Source of the DNA: Candidatus Omnitrophota bacterium
Lineage (GTDB): Bacteria; Omnitrophota; Gorgyraeia; JAFGHF01
Direction of reading: 5' to 3'
Assembly: GCA_016939375.1 (NCBI GenBank)
Contig: JAFGHF010000072.1
Coordinates: forward strand, 229 to 64,228
Length of the DNA stretch: 64,000 nt
Under the pieces are notes generated by a model. The model saw only the letters and a program-made list of their open reading frames with translations, made no database searches and was not told where the DNA came from. Every line of letters starts with the position of its first letter. Within the stretch, counting starts at the first letter, position 1. Shown here one piece after another: positions 50,465 through 61,431 of this stretch. The position numbers were made by a program, and so were the translations under genes.

Positions 50465-51976
50465 CTACTTTCTGTAAAGCAGTTTATTTACCGCATCCAG
50501 ATAAGCGCACGCTGAAGCTTCAATAATGTCTGTCCTGGATGAATGCCCGGAGATCTCCTTTCCTTTCGCGCGTACAAGCAGACGTACTTCTCCCAGCGCA
50601 TCTTTTCCTCTGGTCACAGCCTGAATTGAATAGTCCAGTAGCTTACCCTTGATCCCGGTGATCTTATCGATGGCTTTGTAACAGGCGTCTACCGGTCCGT
50701 CTCCGGAAGATGTCTTTGTCGTCCTTTTTCCTCTGGACTTGAGGGTGACTGTAGCCTGAGGCGTAATTTTATTACCGCTTATTACTTTCAAGTTGACCAA
50801 CTGCCAAATCTTAGGAATGAGGGATATCTCCTCTTCCACGATAGCGATCAAATCGTCATCAAAGACTTCCTTTTTCTTATCCGCCAGCTTTTTAAAACGC
50901 TCAAAAAACAGTGTATTAATCTGGGAAGGGGTTAAGTGAAAACCGAGTTTTTTTAAACGTTCAGAAAAGGCATGGCGGCCAGAGTGCTTTCCTAAAACCA
51001 AACCCCCTGTCATCTCCAGGCCTATATCTTTGGGCCTGATGATCTCATAGGTGGTCCTTCTTTTTAAGATACCGTCTTGGTGGATCCCTGCCTCATGGCG
51101 GAATGCATTCTGTCCGACAATGGCCTTATTGGGCTGAACCATGATCCCTGTAAGCTTGCTCACCAGTCTAGAGGTTTTATAGATCTCTTCCGTCTTGATG
51201 CCGGTAGTTTTGTTTAGAAAGTCCTTCCTGGTCTTCAGGGCCATCACGATTTCTTCCATTGAAGCATTACCCGCACGTTCGCCAAGGCCGTTTACAGTAC
51301 ACTCTACCTGTCCCGCTCCGCTAGCCACTGCCGCCAAGGAATTGGCCACGCCTAATCCCAGGTCGTTATGGCAGTGCACGCTCAATACCGCTTTATCGAT
51401 ATTGGCGACATTTTCTCTGATATCTCTGATCAACCGTCCGAATTCCTCAGGGATAGCATACCCCACAGTATCAGGGATATTAATGGTTTTGGCCCCGGCC
51501 TTAATGGCCGTTTCTACAACTCGATAAATAAATTCTTTCTCCGAACGCGAGGCATCTTCGGGAGAGAACTCCACATCGCTGCTAAATCTTCTGGCATATT
51601 TTACCGAATCGAATGTCTCACGCAGGATTTCTTCTTTTGCCTTTTTTAACTTATAGCGCATGTGTATTTTCGAAGTAGCCAAAAATACATGGATCCGTTT
51701 TCTGCGGGCCGAACTGAGTGCGCGATGAGCTGCGTCGATATCCTTTTTGATAGCCCGGGCCAAGGCGCAAATTATGGGCCTTCTCACGCTTTTGGCCACT
51801 AATTTCACGGCTGCAAAATCACCGGGAGAAGAAATGGGAAAACCGGCTTCAATGACATCTACGCCCAGGCTAGAAAGTTGTCTGGCGATCTCGATCTTCT
51901 TTTGCGTATCCAGACTGGCTCCGGGGGACTGCTCCCCATCACGCAGCGTTGTATCAAAAATAACCACTTTCTCCAT
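50465..51976 (-). CDS. leuA: 2-isopropylmalate synthase / (R)-citramalate synthase family, with C-terminal LeuA-dimer regulatory domain
   Basis: 503 aa. DTTLRDGEQSPG and HCHNDLG motifs. Last gene of the ilvD-ilvB-ilvN-ilvC operon. Confidence 0.8.
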   Translation of the reverse strand: MEKVVIFDTTLRDGEQSPGASLDTQKKIEIARQLSSLGVDVIEAGFPISSPGDFAAVKLVAKSVRRPIICALARAIKKDIDAAHRALSSARRKRIHVFLATSKIHMRYKLKKAKEEILRETFDSVKYARRFSSDVEFSPEDASRSEKEFIYRVVETAIKAGAKTINIPDTVGYAIPEEFGRLIRDIRENVANIDKAVLSVHCHNDLGLGVANSLAAVASGAGQVECTVNGLGERAGNASMEEIVMALKTRKDFLNKTTGIKTEEIYKTSRLVSKLTGIMVQPNKAIVGQNAFRHEAGIHQDGILKRRTTYEIIRPKDIGLEMTGGLVLGKHSGRHAFSERLKKLGFHLTPSQINTLFFERFKKLADKKKEVFDDDLIAIVEEEISLIPKIWQLVNLKVISGNKITPQATVTLKSRGKRTTKTSSGDGPVDACYKAIDKITGIKGKLLDYSIQAVTRGKDALGEVRLLVRAKGKEISGHSSRTDIIEASACAYLDAVNKLLYRK

Positions 51977-51982
51977 ATTATT

Positions 51983-52975
51983 CTATTCTTTCATCCAAGG
52001 CATCATTTCGCGCAGGCGCCGGCCTACCTCTTCGATCTGATGTCCAGCTTCCTGTTGGCGCAACTGGTTAAATTTAGGTCGCCCTGCCTCATTTTCCTTT
52101 ATCCATTCACGGGCAAACTTCCCCGATCTCACGTCTTTAAGCAATTTTTTCATCTTCTTGCGCGTCTGCTGATTGATGACCACTTTACCCCTGGTCATAT
52201 CGCCATACTCCGCGGTATCAGAAACACGCTTGCGCATCCCTTGAATGCCATATCGATAAATCAAGTCGGTGATTAACTTCAGTTCATGTAGACATTCAAA
52301 ATAGGCTATTTCCGGTTGATAGCCGGCCTCTACCAATGTATCAAAAGCCGCTTTGACCAATTCCGTCGCCCCTCCGCAAAGTACGGCCTGTTCTCCAAAA
52401 AGGTCTGTTTCTGTCTCTTCATCAAAGGTCGTCTCGATTACCCCCGCTCGAGTTGCACCGATGCCCTTGGCATAGGCCAGGCCCAATTGCTTGGCCTCTC
52501 CTGAGGCATCTTGAAAAACTGCCAAAAGTGATGGTACGCCCTTACCCTCTTCATACATCTTTCGCACCAAAGCACCGGGCCCCTTGGGGGCTACCATGAA
52601 CACGTCTACTTTTTTTGGCGGCTTTATCTGTTTAAAACGGATATTGAATCCGTGAGAAAAGACCAAGGCCTTGCCTTTTTTCAAATTCTTTTTGATCGAT
52701 TCGTTATAAACCTTCTTTTGGACATGGTCCTGTGTCAAAATCTGTATAATATCTGCCGCGGCCGCAGCCTCATCACAGGAAACTGGGCTAAAGCCGTCTT
52801 TTTGAGCCTGCTCATAGTTAGGAGTTCCTTCTAATTCAGAGACGATAACGTTCAAACCAGAATCCCGCAGATTTAATCCCTGCCCTCTGCCTTGAATTCC
52901 ATAACCTATGATCGCGATCTTTTTGTCTTTGATTACATCCAGGTTTGCGTCTTGATCATAATATATTTTAGCCAT
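51983..52975 (-). CDS. ilvC: Ketol-acid reductoisomerase (class I)
   Basis: 330 aa. [22 protein letters not shown] motif. Confidence 0.9.
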   Translation of the reverse strand: MAKIYYDQDANLDVIKDKKIAIIGYGIQGRGQGLNLRDSGLNVIVSELEGTPNYEQAQKDGFSPVSCDEAAAAADIIQILTQDHVQKKVYNESIKKNLKKGKALVFSHGFNIRFKQIKPPKKVDVFMVAPKGPGALVRKMYEEGKGVPSLLAVFQDASGEAKQLGLAYAKGIGATRAGVIETTFDEETETDLFGEQAVLCGGATELVKAAFDTLVEAGYQPEIAYFECLHELKLITDLIYRYGIQGMRKRVSDTAEYGDMTRGKVVINQQTRKKMKKLLKDVRSGKFAREWIKENEAGRPKFNQLRQQEAGHQIEEVGRRLREMMPWMKE

Positions 52976-52995
52976 TATTATAAACCTCCTGTTTT

Positions 52996-53472
52996 TTAGT
53001 GTCTGCTCATAGCAATGCGACCAGTGCGGACTATTTCTTTGATCTCAAAAGGCTTCAGAAGTTCGAGCAGTGTGTGAATTTTGTTCTGGTCGCCAACTAC
53101 CTCTAGCGTCAAGTCTTTTGTCGCTGCTTCGTCTATCTTCGCCTCCAGGGTCTGTGCGATTTCTAAAATCTGGGGCCTGGTCTTGGGATTCACCGCTACT
53201 TTCACCAACACCAATTCACGGTCAATAAAATTTTCGCCGGTTAAATCCTGCACCTTGATCGTATCGACAAGCTTATTCAACTGTTTTTTGATTTGCTCTA
53301 AGATCCTCTCGTCAGGTGCATTGACAACAATGGTCATATTAGAAACTGAAGGATCATTCGTGGGACTCACTGCCAAAGACTCGATATTGAAACCTCTGGC
53401 GGCAAAAAGGCCGGCTATCCGCGCCAGCACTCCGAATTTGTTTTCTACCTGCACAGAAAAGGTATGTTTCAT
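52996..53472 (-). CDS. ilvN: Acetolactate synthase small (regulatory) subunit
   Basis: 158 aa. N-terminal ACT domain ([25 protein letters not shown]). Confidence 0.85.
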   Translation of the reverse strand: MKHTFSVQVENKFGVLARIAGLFAARGFNIESLAVSPTNDPSVSNMTIVVNAPDERILEQIKKQLNKLVDTIKVQDLTGENFIDRELVLVKVAVNPKTRPQILEIAQTLEAKIDEAATKDLTLEVVGDQNKIHTLLELLKPFEIKEIVRTGRIAMSRH

Positions 53473-55139
53473 GCCATACCTCCTATCATTCTGTTGATCG
53501 CCTCTCCTGCGGGAACCATGGGAAAGACATTCTCCTCTTTCTCCACTATAAAGTCGAGTATTACAGGCTTGTCTTTAACGCCTAACGCCTTTTTTATCGC
53601 TTTTTCCACTTCGCTCTTGCGCTCTATTCTTATACCGCAAGCGCCATAAGCCTCTGCGATCTTGACAAAATCAGGGTTCTTCAAGAAGGTATGCGAATAC
53701 CTCTTATTGTAAAACAACTCCTGCCACTGCCTGACCATACCCAAGTAAGAATTGTTCAAGATCGCTATCTTTATAGGTAGTTTTTGAGTAACGGCGGTAG
53801 CCAGCTCCTGAATATTCATCTGTATGCTTCCGTCCCCGGCGATGTCACAGACTATATCCTTGGGCTTGCCAACCTGAGCGCCAATTGCCGCCGGAAAGCC
53901 ATAGCCCATAGTACCTAAACCGCCGCTGGAAATATATGTCCTGGGCTTGGTATATTTATAGAACTGGGCCGCCCACATCTGGTTTTGGCCCACTTCTGTG
54001 GTAATTATGGCCTTGCCTGCGGTCAATTTGTAGATCTGCTCTACCACATATTGCGGCCTGAGTTTATTGTCATCCTTAAATCCCAGCGGGTACTTTTTCT
54101 TCCAGGTTTTAACCTTATCTAACCACGGTTTTATGCGCGGTTTTTTGACGATTTTGTTAAGTTGGAGCAAAATATCACGGGCATCTCCCACTATCGGTAT
54201 GTCCACTTTTACATTCTTACTGATAGCTGAAGGATCGATGTCTATGTGGATGATCTTAGCCCCGGGGGCAAAGGCATCCAGCCTACCCGTAACGCGATCG
54301 TCAAAGCGGGCCCCCACCGCAATGATTAAGTCTGAATCCATAATTGCGTGGTTGGCGTAGACAGTACCGTGCATACCAAGCATCCGCAATGAAAGTTCAT
54401 GTGTTTCGGGAAAGCAACCTAAACCAAGCAAAGTGGTAGTAACCGGGATAGAAGTCTTCTCTGCCAGCTTCTTCAACTCCGCGGAAGCGCCCGATAGAAT
54501 CACGCCCCCTCCGGCATAAATTATCGGCCTTTTACTCTGCTCGATCAAATTGGCTGCCTTTTTGACCTGGCCGGGATGGCCGGAAAGCGTAGGCTTATAT
54601 CCGCGCAAATCATGTGTCTTAGGATAGTGGAATTCGGTCTCAGCTAGGGTCACATCTACCGGGAGATCTATTAGCACCGGGCCCGGACGCCCGCTTTGGG
54701 CAAGATGAAATGAGTTTTTTATAGTCTGGGCCAACTCTCGCACGTCCTTGACCAAATAGTTATGTTTGGTAATTGAGCGTGTAATACCTGTAACGTCGGC
54801 TTCCTGAAAAGCATCATTGCCTATTAAATGTGTCTTTACCTGACCGGTTATGGCAATCATGGGGATAGAATCCATATATGCAGTGGCGATCCCGGTGACC
54901 AAGTTCGATGCGCCGGGGCCGGAAGTGGCTATACATACTCCTGGTTTTCCTGTAGCCCTGGCATAACCGTCAGCGGCATGGGCTGCGCCCTGTTCATGAC
55001 GCACCAAAATTAAATTTAACGAGGCATCGTATAGGGCATCAAAAACCGGAAGCACCGACCCTCCGGGAAAACCGAAAATATCCTCCACGCCCTCTCGTCT
55101 TAAAGATTCAATCAGTATTTTTGCCCCTGTCATCTTCAT
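53469..55139 (-). CDS. ilvB: Acetolactate synthase large subunit
   Basis: 556 aa. ThDP-binding GDG...N motif ([15 protein letters not shown]). Confidence 0.9.
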   Translation of the reverse strand: MKMTGAKILIESLRREGVEDIFGFPGGSVLPVFDALYDASLNLILVRHEQGAAHAADGYARATGKPGVCIATSGPGASNLVTGIATAYMDSIPMIAITGQVKTHLIGNDAFQEADVTGITRSITKHNYLVKDVRELAQTIKNSFHLAQSGRPGPVLIDLPVDVTLAETEFHYPKTHDLRGYKPTLSGHPGQVKKAANLIEQSKRPIIYAGGGVILSGASAELKKLAEKTSIPVTTTLLGLGCFPETHELSLRMLGMHGTVYANHAIMDSDLIIAVGARFDDRVTGRLDAFAPGAKIIHIDIDPSAISKNVKVDIPIVGDARDILLQLNKIVKKPRIKPWLDKVKTWKKKYPLGFKDDNKLRPQYVVEQIYKLTAGKAIITTEVGQNQMWAAQFYKYTKPRTYISSGGLGTMGYGFPAAIGAQVGKPKDIVCDIAGDGSIQMNIQELATAVTQKLPIKIAILNNSYLGMVRQWQELFYNKRYSHTFLKNPDFVKIAEAYGACGIRIERKSEVEKAIKKALGVKDKPVILDFIVEKEENVFPMVPAGEAINRMIGGMA

Positions 55140-56788
55140 TTGAATATCGCTCCTTCGTTAGCCTGAGAAACTAATTTTGCATATCTGCTCAAATATCCTT
55201 CTTTCACCTTTGGATGGGGCGCCTTCCATTTAGCCTGTCTTTCCTTAAGCTCCTTTTGACTCAGCTTCAGCTCAAGTTTTCTGTTGGGTATATCGATAAT
55301 GATCTGGTCGCCGTCTTTTACAATAGCCAAAGGTCCACCCACTGCCGCTTCTGGAGAAACGTGCCCTATGCAAGGGCCTCTAGTGCCTCCGGAGAAACGC
55401 CCATCTGTAATAAGAGCAACGCTTTCGCCCAGGCCCATCCCGATTACCGCAGCTGTAGGCGAAAGCATTTCTCGCATACCGGGACCGCCCTTCGGTCCTT
55501 CGTAGCGGATCACTATGACTTGAGAACGTTTTATCTTATTCTCCAGGATAGCACGCATTGCTTCTTCCTCGGAATTGAAGCAGCGGGCATGGCCTGAAAA
55601 ATGTTGCATTTTCTTGCTTACCGCGGCTTGTTTGACTACCGCTCCATCGGGGGCCAAGTTACCCTTAAGCACAGCTATTCCGCCTTCAATATGATATGGG
55701 TTGTTTAACCTCCTGATCACATCTTCGTCGAACACTTGTGCCCCTACCCCCAGCTGGGTAACGTATTTGCCGCTGATAGTGGTCACATTGTGTAACTTAT
55801 CCTTCAAGCGCTTAAAGACAGCGGAAATCCCGCCGACTGCGTCTAAATCCTCCATAAAATATTCTCCCCCCGGTCGCAAGTTCACAATATGGGGGACATG
55901 CCTGCTTATTTTATCAAATGTGTCCAACGTTAACTTGATTCCAAGCTCATGGGCAATTGCGCTAAGATGTAAAATCGTGTTGGTCGAACCACCCATGGCC
56001 ATATCGACGATAACCGCGTTTTCGATAGCTGTTTTTTTCACAATTGTCCGCGGCAAGATATTCTGTCGTACTAGCTGTACTACACGCTCGCCGCTGGCAT
56101 GGGCAATTCGTTCTTTCTTGGCGGAAACAGCCACTGCCGTGGCGCAACCGGGTAAAGACATACCCATTGCCTCGGTAAGACAGGCCATCGAATTGGCGGT
56201 ATAAAGCCCTTGGCAAGAACCGGCACCAGGACAGGCCTCCATCTCCAAACAGTTCATCTCATCTTGCGATATTTCTCCTTTTTTCAACCTGGCCAGTGCC
56301 TCAAAAGTATCTCTTACAAGAGAAAGCCGCCTACCCTTATACCTGCCCGAAAGCATAGGGCCAGCTGTCACCACAATAGCAGGGATATTAAGCCTAAAAA
56401 TCGCCATAAGCATGCCTGGGGTAATCTTATCACAGTTGGTCAAGCAAACCAGGCCGTCAAAGCAATGAGCACGCACTACGGTCTCAACGCAATCGGCGAT
56501 AAGTTCGCGAGAGGCAAGTGAATACTTCATTCCAGGGTGCCCCATGGCTACGCCGTCGCAGATCCCGGGGACGCCAAAGAAAAAAGGCACCCCCCCGCCG
56601 CTACAAATACCCCGCTCTATAAACCTCTCCAGCCTGCGCATACCAATATGGCCGGGTATTATATCATTAAAGCTGGTGGCCACCCCGATAAAGGGTTTCC
56701 TCATCTGGGCCCTGCTTATGCCAGTAGCATAAAGCAAAGCTCTATTTCCCGCTCTTTCAAGGCCTTTTTTGATTTTATCGCTTCTCAT
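55136..56788 (-). CDS. ilvD: Dihydroxy-acid dehydratase
   Basis: 550 aa. ILVD_EDD family with Fe-S Cys ligands ([15 protein letters not shown]). GGAGAAGG SD before the ATG. Confidence 0.9.
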   Translation of the reverse strand: MRSDKIKKGLERAGNRALLYATGISRAQMRKPFIGVATSFNDIIPGHIGMRRLERFIERGICSGGGVPFFFGVPGICDGVAMGHPGMKYSLASRELIADCVETVVRAHCFDGLVCLTNCDKITPGMLMAIFRLNIPAIVVTAGPMLSGRYKGRRLSLVRDTFEALARLKKGEISQDEMNCLEMEACPGAGSCQGLYTANSMACLTEAMGMSLPGCATAVAVSAKKERIAHASGERVVQLVRQNILPRTIVKKTAIENAVIVDMAMGGSTNTILHLSAIAHELGIKLTLDTFDKISRHVPHIVNLRPGGEYFMEDLDAVGGISAVFKRLKDKLHNVTTISGKYVTQLGVGAQVFDEDVIRRLNNPYHIEGGIAVLKGNLAPDGAVVKQAAVSKKMQHFSGHARCFNSEEEAMRAILENKIKRSQVIVIRYEGPKGGPGMREMLSPTAAVIGMGLGESVALITDGRFSGGTRGPCIGHVSPEAAVGGPLAIVKDGDQIIIDIPNRKLELKLSQKELKERQAKWKAPHPKVKEGYLSRYAKLVSQANEGAIFK

Positions 56789-56818
56789 AACCTTCTCCTA
56801 TCCAATAAGGTACATGGT

Positions 56819-56846
56819 ATTATACCATGGACCCGGCAATTGTCAA
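56819..56846 (-). promoter_or_regulatory. Consensus sigma70 promoter for the ilvD-ilvB-ilvN-ilvC-leuA operon. The -10 lies at the centre of a 17-bp perfect palindrome CATGGTATAATACCATG (candidate operator).
   Basis: Minus strand TTGACA-N16-TATAAT. The -35 is the rc of tgtcaa at 56841-56846. The -10 is the rc of attata at 56819-56824. Palindrome at 56813-56829. Confidence 0.6.
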
Positions 56847-57977
56847 CTATAATCCTTTATAAACTCTTGGTACACGATTAGTTATGGAACAAACGATTTC
56901 ATAAGGAATGGTCTTGGAAACCCGGGCAATCTCTTCTGTGCTCATTTCGGCTTGGTTTTGGCATCCGATCAAAACTACTTCATCACCCACCTTAACTCCT
57001 TTGATATGGCCCACATCGATCATGATCTGGTCCATCGTGACCTTGCCAACCACAGGTGCTTTTTTACCCTTGACCAAGACCGAAGCTTTATTGGAAAGGA
57101 TTCGCCCATACCCATCGGCATATCCAATGGGCAAGGTTGCGATCCGCGTAGCCCGCTCTGTTATATAAGTGCGGCCATAACTAATTGAGCGCCCGGGTGG
57201 CACATCTTTTATATAGACGATTCTTGTTTTTAAAGATAGGGCCGGCTTTAATTTCAATATCTTAGCAAAGCTGCGTTTAGGATACATACCATAAACTATT
57301 ATTCCCGGCCGAACCAGGTTAAAATGAGATTTTTTTATATCGACTACTGCAATACTGTTTGCAGCATGACGGTAATCAAAATGGATGTTTTCCTGCGCCA
57401 ATTTCTTAAGCAAATCTTCGAAAGCCTCCAGTTGAAATCCGGTGAAAAAGTTATCGCGGGAAGCGCTGGCAAAGTGCGTGTAGATGCCTTCAAGGTAAAT
57501 ATGTTTCATTCTCTTTAATGCTTTGACAAAATCGAAGGCCTGTTCGTGCCAGACTCCGATCCTGCCCATTCCCGTATCAATTTTAAGATGCACGGGTACA
57601 ATCTTGTCAGCTTGTCCGGCCTTTTTCTCTATCTCCTGAGCCAACTCTTTGTTGCAAAGTGTCAGAGCGATATCGTGTTGCAGCGCATGAGGGACCTCTT
57701 CCGGCAATATCGAGCCTAAAACCAAAATCGGCAGCTTTATTTCACTCTTGCGCAAGGCAATTGCTTCATCCAGGCTAGCCACCCCCAGATAATCTACTTC
57801 CTGCTTTTCTAATGCCCTGGCCACCTCGATTAAGCCATGCCCATAGGCATTGGCCTTGACCACTACCATGATCTTTGTGGACTTTTTTTTCTCCCAGCCG
57901 ATTATCTTTTTTATCTGGGAGAGATTGTATCTTATTGCATTTAAATCTATCTCTGCCCACGTAGGCCTTGAACTCAC
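56847..57977 (-). CDS. alr: Alanine racemase (GTG start)
   Basis: 376 aa. VVKANAYGHG PLP-lysine motif. Confidence 0.85.
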   Translation of the reverse strand: MSSRPTWAEIDLNAIRYNLSQIKKIIGWEKKKSTKIMVVVKANAYGHGLIEVARALEKQEVDYLGVASLDEAIALRKSEIKLPILVLGSILPEEVPHALQHDIALTLCNKELAQEIEKKAGQADKIVPVHLKIDTGMGRIGVWHEQAFDFVKALKRMKHIYLEGIYTHFASASRDNFFTGFQLEAFEDLLKKLAQENIHFDYRHAANSIAVVDIKKSHFNLVRPGIIVYGMYPKRSFAKILKLKPALSLKTRIVYIKDVPPGRSISYGRTYITERATRIATLPIGYADGYGRILSNKASVLVKGKKAPVVGKVTMDQIMIDVGHIKGVKVGDEVVLIGCQNQAEMSTEEIARVSKTIPYEIVCSITNRVPRVYKGL

Positions 57978-57998
57978 TGTGGCATTAACTCCTCTGTT

Positions 57999-58030
57999 GA
58001 GCTATCAGTTATCCGTTTTCAGTTGTCAGC
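57999..58030 (+). repeat. Degenerate heptanucleotide tandem array (AGCTNTC-like, 4-5 units) in the tsaB-alr intergenic region
   Basis: GAGCTATC AGTTATC CGTTTTC AGTTGTC AGC aligns unit-by-unit with the array at 33756-33814. Confidence 0.5.
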
Positions 58031-58067
58031 GCATATGGCTAAAAAGCTGAAGGCCGATAGCTATAGT

Positions 58068-58763
58068 TTATGAGCTTCTCTTAATCTGGCATTCTTTAGG
58101 ATACAAATAAAGCGGTTCCAAGCTGCGCTGATCCTTAAAATCATTCTTTTGCAGCCTTTCTAAAGTCAAGGGGACCATTGCGCCCATCCGCGGATACCAA
58201 TAGTTCTCCTTGGCAAAGATAGGCCTGATCTTCTCGGCTTGGGAGATTTTTTGACGATACAACTTAACTGCGTCACCCAGAAAAACGGTTTCCCCCTGCA
58301 ACCTCTTCAATAAATCATCCAAGGGCAATAGTAAATATGGGGATTTACGTTTAATTTTATCATCTTTGAGTCGGTAAATACAAGAGTATACTTTCTTCTG
58401 TTTAGCATCGACGATCGGACAAATGCTAAATGAACAGTCTTTTTTTGCATATGCGAAGTTTTGGGCTAAAATATCCAAGCTAGGGATCGCTATCACAGGT
58501 TTACCCAAAATATAGGCAAGGCCCTTTATAGCGGTTATCCCTATGCGCAGACCGGTGAAAGACCCCGGTCCCTGCCCTACGCAAAATCCGTCTATTTCCT
58601 CTAATGACAGTTGCGCCTTCTTAAGTGAATTATCGATCAGAGACACCAGCTTTGCGGAGCGTTTTCGATCAAGGATCCGATTGGTGCTATAGAGCACCTT
58701 TTCATCTTTAGAAACGGCGAGGCTTAAATATCTACTGGAAGTATCTAAAAGTAGGAGCTTCAT
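58068..58763 (-). CDS. tsaB: tRNA t6A37 threonylcarbamoyladenosine biosynthesis protein TsaB (YeaZ)
   Basis: 231 aa. Inactive Kae1/TsaD-like N-terminal MKLLLLDTSS. Adjacent to tsaE. Confidence 0.8.
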   Translation of the reverse strand: MKLLLLDTSSRYLSLAVSKDEKVLYSTNRILDRKRSAKLVSLIDNSLKKAQLSLEEIDGFCVGQGPGSFTGLRIGITAIKGLAYILGKPVIAIPSLDILAQNFAYAKKDCSFSICPIVDAKQKKVYSCIYRLKDDKIKRKSPYLLLPLDDLLKRLQGETVFLGDAVKLYRQKISQAEKIRPIFAKENYWYPRMGAMVPLTLERLQKNDFKDQRSLEPLYLYPKECQIKRSS

Positions 58764-59212
58764 AATTTCTCCAGGACGGAAATATATCTTTTATTATCGT
58801 TGGCGGAGAAAGCAAATTCCCTTTTATTTTCACCTTTAATCTTTATCCTTATCTGCAGATAGTCTGGCAAAAGCACCTTCATCTTTTCAGCCCATTCTAT
58901 CAGGCAGACACCCTGGTCAAATAGATATTCTTCAATGCCCAGCTGTTCGACATCTTTTAACCCGCCTAGTCTATACAGGTCAAAATGAAACACCGGTATG
59001 CGGGCCTTATATTCCTTGATCAAAACAAAAGAAGGGCTAGAGATTTCCTCTTTTTCGCTTGCTCCCAAACCATAGGCTATACCTTTGACTAAAGTGGTCT
59101 TGCCCGAACCCAATTCACCGACAAGCCCGATCACGTCCCCGGCCTTAAGCCTTTTCCCCAAAAGAGCGCCTAACTTTACTGTCTCCTGTGCTGAATGCGT
59201 GATAATTTTCAT
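58760..59212 (-). CDS. tsaE: tRNA t6A37 biosynthesis ATPase TsaE (YjeE)
   Basis: 150 aa. Walker A GELGSGKTT. Confidence 0.8.
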   Translation of the reverse strand: MKIITHSAQETVKLGALLGKRLKAGDVIGLVGELGSGKTTLVKGIAYGLGASEKEEISSPSFVLIKEYKARIPVFHFDLYRLGGLKDVEQLGIEEYLFDQGVCLIEWAEKMKVLLPDYLQIRIKIKGENKREFAFSANDNKRYISVLEKL

Positions 59213-60132
59213 CAGAAATGCTTAAACCCCTTTTCTTTCAATGTGGAAACTCCTGCCTTTTTATCGATCAAGGTCAATCCCTTCTTTTTCTCGACTATCT
59301 TACCGATGCAGGACAACGGGGATATTTGCTCCTTGTAAAATTTGCGCGCCGATTCCAAGGGCATTGTAAACAAGAGCTCGAAATCCTCTCCGTCGTAGAG
59401 GGCCTGGTTCAAGGAGGCCTGCGGGGCAAGAGGTATCATTTGCTCAAAGATCACCGCTCCCACGCTGCTCTCGCGGGCAATTCTATGTAGATCCGAAACC
59501 AGTCCATCGGAAATATCGATCATCGAGCTGGGACGAAATCTCTTAATTATATCCTGGGCTTCTTTGACACGGGGGATAAAATTGAATTGTTTTAATCTCC
59601 TGGTATTACCTAAATTGCCGGTTACGAAGATTAGATCCCCGGCCTTGGCCCCCGATCGCAATATCAAGAACCCTTTCTTTACTTCTCCCAAAAGAGAGAT
59701 GTTCAATATTATACTTTGGGAGCGGACCGTGTCGCCTCCGACTATGTCCACTTTAAACTCTTCGGCTATAGAACCTATGCCCCGCATTATATTATCTATA
59801 ATTGATAGGGGGGTTGCTCTGGGAAAAGCAGCGGAAATAACGGCGTACCTGGGTATTCCTCCCATCGCTGCTATATCGCTAATATTTACGGCTAAACTCT
59901 TCCTGCCAATCTGAAAAAAATTCGCACCCCGGCGGGAAAAATGGACCCCTTCAACCAACATATCGGTTGTAAGTAACAAATATCTGTCTTTTTTATATGA
60001 AATCACCGCGGTATCATCGCCTATTCCTTTAACAACAGATTTGCTTATATTGAATTTGCGGGCTATGCGCTCGATCAAATCAAATTCACCTATTTGATAA
60101 AGCTTCTTTTCGTTTCTCCGCCTTTTTTGCAA
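59212..60132 (-). CDS. thiL: Thiamine-monophosphate kinase
   Basis: 306 aa. AIRS/PurM-like fold (GIGDDTAV, DMLVEGVHF). Confidence 0.8.
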   Translation of the reverse strand: MQKRRRNEKKLYQIGEFDLIERIARKFNISKSVVKGIGDDTAVISYKKDRYLLLTTDMLVEGVHFSRRGANFFQIGRKSLAVNISDIAAMGGIPRYAVISAAFPRATPLSIIDNIMRGIGSIAEEFKVDIVGGDTVRSQSIILNISLLGEVKKGFLILRSGAKAGDLIFVTGNLGNTRRLKQFNFIPRVKEAQDIIKRFRPSSMIDISDGLVSDLHRIARESSVGAVIFEQMIPLAPQASLNQALYDGEDFELLFTMPLESARKFYKEQISPLSCIGKIVEKKKGLTLIDKKAGVSTLKEKGFKHF

Positions 60133-60145
60133 GTCAAATTCCTCC

Positions 60146-61426
60146 TTAAAAGGCCAAGGGGTCTGCTTCCGATAGACTTAACACTGCCCAGGCCGCGCCG
60201 ATTGCGCTTAGGTTATCTTTACCGGGAGTCATATTACCGTGCCCGGTGGGAGAATCAGCCAGGGTGGCGTAAGGATAGGCAAGGCCGGAGTCGTTAGGTA
60301 CTGCCAAACGCAGCATTTCTTCGATCAGTTCGGATCTCCTTGTATGGTATTTCTCTGACCGTCCTTGCTCCCCTATGCTTAACAAGTGATCCCCAAGCAT
60401 GTTACAGGCATTGACAAATTGAAAGGTCCATTCCGGAGAGACCATTGGTTGGCGTTTTAGTCGTTTGGCCGCTTCTTTATCGGTGAAATCCACTCCTTGC
60501 ACAACGACCTTCTGGCCGTCCATTCTGGTATAATCTACTCTGGATACGCAATTATTTTCCACAAACTCGAGTAATTTTTCGGCCAAACCTGGTTCGATGC
60601 TATCCAGGACATTCACCCCCAACGCCGAAACGGCCCAGGAATGGACATCGCTGGCTATGGCCGTATCGATTTTCTCTCTACATCCGCGGTTCAATCTATT
60701 CTCCGCAGGATTATATGCCACTTCGGTTATCCATCGAAATACTTTATCACGTGCCTCTTTAAACTGCTCTTCTTCAGTTTCGAAATAAAGCATATTTAAT
60801 AGGGCATAAGCATCGATGTTGTGCTCACTGGCGAAGACTTCCTGAAAACCGGGTTGGTTTTTCTCATAGTTAAGGTGTTGGTCTGCGGCAATGTTGCTGT
60901 TGCCTGCGGGCCCCAATGGTATCCCGCCATAATTGACATCATCTTTTTCATTATTTTGCAAGCTGATTATGAACCAGGCTATTCTCTCGGCGAAATCCAA
61001 ATACTCTTTCTGATGCGTCCTTTCATATAATCTAAAAGAGGCGATTCCCATCCAGATGTTTTCACCGCACCAGACCAACCAGCTTACTCCTGACCCGGTC
61101 GGGGCATATACACCCCCGATCAACCCGCCCAACCTCCAGATATCTTTATTTGTCCTATAAAAATCCAAGATTGCTCTTGCTTGCTCTATTTTCTGGCAAG
61201 CCATATAGGCAAGCGCGATCACCGCGGCGTCATAAGTGATACACCATTTTTCATATCTCTCATCGCCCATATGGCTGTAAGGCAATCCGGTCTTGGGATC
61301 GCTGTTATTCATTATCCATTTTAAAAAATTCTCTATTTGAACCTGGTGGCTGTCGGAGTAAACGGGGTGGGCCAAAGCAAATAAGAAACACAGGATAATC
61401 GTCGTGACAAACCTTAATTTAAACAT
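60146..61426 (-). CDS. Secreted hypothetical protein, possibly an (alpha/alpha)6-barrel glycoside-hydrolase-like fold
   Basis: 426 aa. N-terminal signal peptide (IILCFLFALAHPVYS). Trp/aromatic-rich, with no recognisable catalytic motif. Confidence 0.45.
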   Translation of the reverse strand: MFKLRFVTTIILCFLFALAHPVYSDSHQVQIENFLKWIMNNSDPKTGLPYSHMGDERYEKWCITYDAAVIALAYMACQKIEQARAILDFYRTNKDIWRLGGLIGGVYAPTGSGVSWLVWCGENIWMGIASFRLYERTHQKEYLDFAERIAWFIISLQNNEKDDVNYGGIPLGPAGNSNIAADQHLNYEKNQPGFQEVFASEHNIDAYALLNMLYFETEEEQFKEARDKVFRWITEVAYNPAENRLNRGCREKIDTAIASDVHSWAVSALGVNVLDSIEPGLAEKLLEFVENNCVSRVDYTRMDGQKVVVQGVDFTDKEAAKRLKRQPMVSPEWTFQFVNACNMLGDHLLSIGEQGRSEKYHTRRSELIEEMLRLAVPNDSGLAYPYATLADSPTGHGNMTPGKDNLSAIGAAWAVLSLSEADPLAF

Positions 61427-61431
61427 GGGCT

